Of a stretch of 64,000 nt of DNA, positions 61,969 to 64,000 are shown in pieces. The position numbers and the translations under genes were made by a program. Source of the DNA: Andalucia godoyi And28 (Eukaryota; Protista; Jakobida). The stretch lies in NCBI GenBank assembly GCA_009859145.1, contig VRVR01000058.1, forward strand, positions 49,959 through 113,958, in the 5' to 3' direction. Numbering within the stretch: position 1 is the stretch's first letter; each line of letters begins with the position of its first letter. Under the pieces are notes generated by a model. That model saw only the letters and a program-made list of their open reading frames with translations. It made no database searches and was not told the origin of the DNA.

Positions 61969-62213
61969 CCCAGCGCACTCACGCCCATATTTGAATTAAA
62001 AAAGTGAAACCAACGAATGATAGAATAGATGGCTACGGATGCTGCGTTAAAGAGTGTCGAAAATGCGGAGCCTGTGTCGCAGGCTGAATTTTGGCCGAGC
62101 GTGCGTAAGCACGAATTCCCTGTGAAGCAAACGTGCTCGTGTCGGCCAGTATCGACCGTGTCTGTTTATGGATACTTCCGAATGCATGACAATTTCGTGT
62201 CATTATTCAACGG
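61697..62213 (-). mobile_element. Internally deleted, 3'-truncated Fanzor2 (TnpB/IS607-like) element, copy 2
   Basis: Shares the left arm with 16282-16633; carries an ORF from ATG 61968; homology with copy 1 ends at 62213 (CCG on the minus strand) and at 61697. Confidence 0.85.
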
Positions 62214-62347
62214 CGAAGGATCTACCGCGGTGGCTCAGCAGCAGAAAATGGACACCAGCCTTCCCGTCGTATTTCGACGTCAGATTGACCACGACGGTGT
62301 GAGCCGAACCTTCGTTGACAACATAAATCTGCCAACCGTTTGTCGAC

Positions 62348-63739
62348 ATGTCACTGATGGCTGAGGTCATGATGAAGGCTTCGAAGCGGTTTCTCTTGCA
62401 TTCTGTGGCTGCGCGGCCTTCTCTATGGACACCGCTCAATGTGGATGCTCGGGAGCTTCGTCTCGAATCGACGCTGTTCGGCGGTCAGTGTTTTCGCTGG
62501 AAGCGCACTGCGCATCCTTCTATCTACGTCGGCTGGGTTCTGGACCAAATGATTGCGCTCGAAGAAACAGGATCCAATGTGTATTTCTGTGCCATCAGCC
62601 CTGGTGATCGGGCCATGCAAAGCCAGCTTCCATCTCTGCCGTCTCCGCCGTCGCCACCGACCCGGTCGCCGACTGCAGAAGCGACGGCAAGACTTTTGCG
62701 AGCGTATTTTCAGCTTTCGTTTCCGGTGCAAAAGCTCGATGCAATGTTCTGCGATCGCGATCCAAAGTACTTTTCGTCTGTTTCCTCGAGGTTTTCTGGC
62801 ACCCGGCTGTTGGATCAGGATCCTTTTGAATGCCTGGTGTCGTTTATCTGCTCAGCCAATAACAACATTACGCGCATTGTGCAAATGATTGAAAAGCTGT
62901 GTGTCGAGTTAGGAGAGTTGCGTGCTGAAGTGGCTGTCGCCATCGGTGGTGGTGGCGACGGCGGCGGCGGCGGCGCTAACGTCGGTGATGCAGATGCGTC
63001 GGTGGTGAAGCTCTATTCATTTCCGTCGATTGAAGCCCTGCGTCAGTGTTCCGAGCAGAATTTCCGGTCGTGGGGCATGGGCTATCGTGCAAAGTCCATT
63101 AAAGTGACAATCGACATGTTGTGCGACAACAATTTCTTGCTGTTCAGGCAGCTATATGCTTTCAAGGACCCATCGTCCCTGATGGTCTCGTCATTTTCAA
63201 ATGTGCTGCGTCGCCAGTTCCCACTCGCAAACGATGAGAAGTCCGAGTTCTTGACGTCTTTCACCGAAACCCAGAGCCGAGTTGGGTTGAATGCAATGTC
63301 GTCCGCTCTTCTTGAAAATCAGGACTCCGAGCGCGTTGCGGATATCGACGCACAGGATAATGCAGTGCTTGACTTTCTGATGCAGTTCCGGGGTGTCGGC
63401 CTGAAAGTTGCGTCTTGTGCAGCGCTGTTCTCCCTTCACCGACATTCAGTTGTTCCCGTGGACACACACATTTGGCAGGTCTCCACGGCAAACTACGTGA
63501 CGTCTCTTCGAAACAAGACATGCAATGAGAAAACCGTGCGCGTTGTGCAGAGTGCATGGCGCAGAGTTTTCGGTCCGATGGCCGGCTGGAGCCAAATGAT
63601 CTTGTTTGCGAATCGATTAAAGATCTTCAACAGTCGCTCTGCCGAGCCGTTGAGCATGAGTGCTGCGGACGGCAATGTTGCTGCATCCACTCCCGTTCCT
63701 GCAAGAAAAAGGTCTCGCATAGTCGAACCACCAATCTGA
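62348..63739 (+). CDS. OGG1: 8-oxoguanine DNA glycosylase OGG1
   Basis: LRLESTLFGGQCFRW; RLLDQDPFECLVSFICSANNNITRI; GMGYRAK; HhH FRGVGLKVASC (catalytic Lys); VPVDTH (catalytic Asp); C-terminal PARKRSR NLS-like. Confidence 0.95.
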   Translation: MSLMAEVMMKASKRFLLHSVAARPSLWTPLNVDARELRLESTLFGGQCFRWKRTAHPSIYVGWVLDQMIALEETGSNVYFCAISPGDRAMQSQLPSLPSPPSPPTRSPTAEATARLLRAYFQLSFPVQKLDAMFCDRDPKYFSSVSSRFSGTRLLDQDPFECLVSFICSANNNITRIVQMIEKLCVELGELRAEVAVAIGGGGDGGGGGANVGDADASVVKLYSFPSIEALRQCSEQNFRSWGMGYRAKSIKVTIDMLCDNNFLLFRQLYAFKDPSSLMVSSFSNVLRRQFPLANDEKSEFLTSFTETQSRVGLNAMSSALLENQDSERVADIDAQDNAVLDFLMQFRGVGLKVASCAALFSLHRHSVVPVDTHIWQVSTANYVTSLRNKTCNEKTVRVVQSAWRRVFGPMAGWSQMILFANRLKIFNSRSAEPLSMSAADGNVAASTPVPARKRSRIVEPPI

Positions 63740-64000
63740 TTACGGGTTCCGTCTCCGATTTTCATTATTTTTATTTCTTGATCCCCTCCTTCTTATTTAT
63801 TTACTGATATGAGATGCTGTACTGTACATGTGTTTTTTTTTAAAATGTAAGGGTAGACAGAACCAAATTACCCAAGCCCCTGCTATGTTCGTTTCTCACT
63901 CTACACCATTTTCAAGGGTTGCTGCTATTGATGTTGCTATTGCTGGTGCTGGTGCTGCTGCATTTGTCGCATCAGCGCACCCCATTTCTTGATTCCCGGA

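Noticed and set aside
62000-62200. Possible IS607 TnpA (serine recombinase) remnant in the Fanzor left arm: minus-strand peptides GSIHKQTRSILAD and GIRAYARS
   Set aside because: Only a faint resemblance to the TnpA HTH and YARVS motifs; too short, with no consistent frame or start.
62029-62364. Plus-strand 111-aa ORF MATDAALKSVENAEP...
   Set aside because: Lies antisense across the element's left arm, and the copy 1 equivalent is frameshifted by an 8-bp indel; no recognisable domain.
1-64000. CRISPR array, tRNA, rRNA or snRNA genes
   Set aside because: Every tandem repeat seen is a spacer-less micro- or minisatellite, and no cloverleaf or rRNA signature was recognised by eye; small RNA genes could be missed without covariance searches.
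1-64000. Prokaryotic or giant-virus origin suggested by intronless ORFs and bacterial-like genes
   Set aside because: RPA1, CHD, CSE1, DDX41, F-box/LRR, PKD2 and a copia element show this is a eukaryotic nuclear chromosome.

Overview
Gene-dense, apparently intronless eukaryotic (protist-like) genomic window; the species cannot be determined from the sequence alone. The left half (1-30 kb) is rich in microsatellites and holds mostly sensory, antibacterial and metabolic genes: a PAS hybrid histidine kinase, two PKD2/TRPP channel paralogs, a bacterial-type uronate dehydrogenase, a secreted c-type-like lysozyme, DDX41, an FAD oxidoreductase, a NACHT NTPase, a BPI/LBP protein, a 7TM receptor-like protein, a sterol desaturase-family enzyme and an EamA transporter. 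The right half is mostly housekeeping: WD40, F-box/LRR, NHL, MUTYH, a BRWD-like protein, a GxGYxYP protein, a CHD remodeler, CSE1, the RNA polymerase I large subunit and OGG1. The most notable feature is a pair of internally deleted Fanzor2/TnpB-like elements on the minus strand (about 16.1-16.6 kb and 61.7-62.2 kb). They share a left end bounded by CCG. One keeps the RuvC-III tail and a foldable omega-RNA-like 3' region; the other keeps the HTH and zinc ribbon and abuts a hAT transposase fragment. There is also a dead Ty1/copia pol fragment flanked by two 224-bp LTRs in inverted rather than direct orientation. All alignments, folds and counts were done by eye; no database searches were run.
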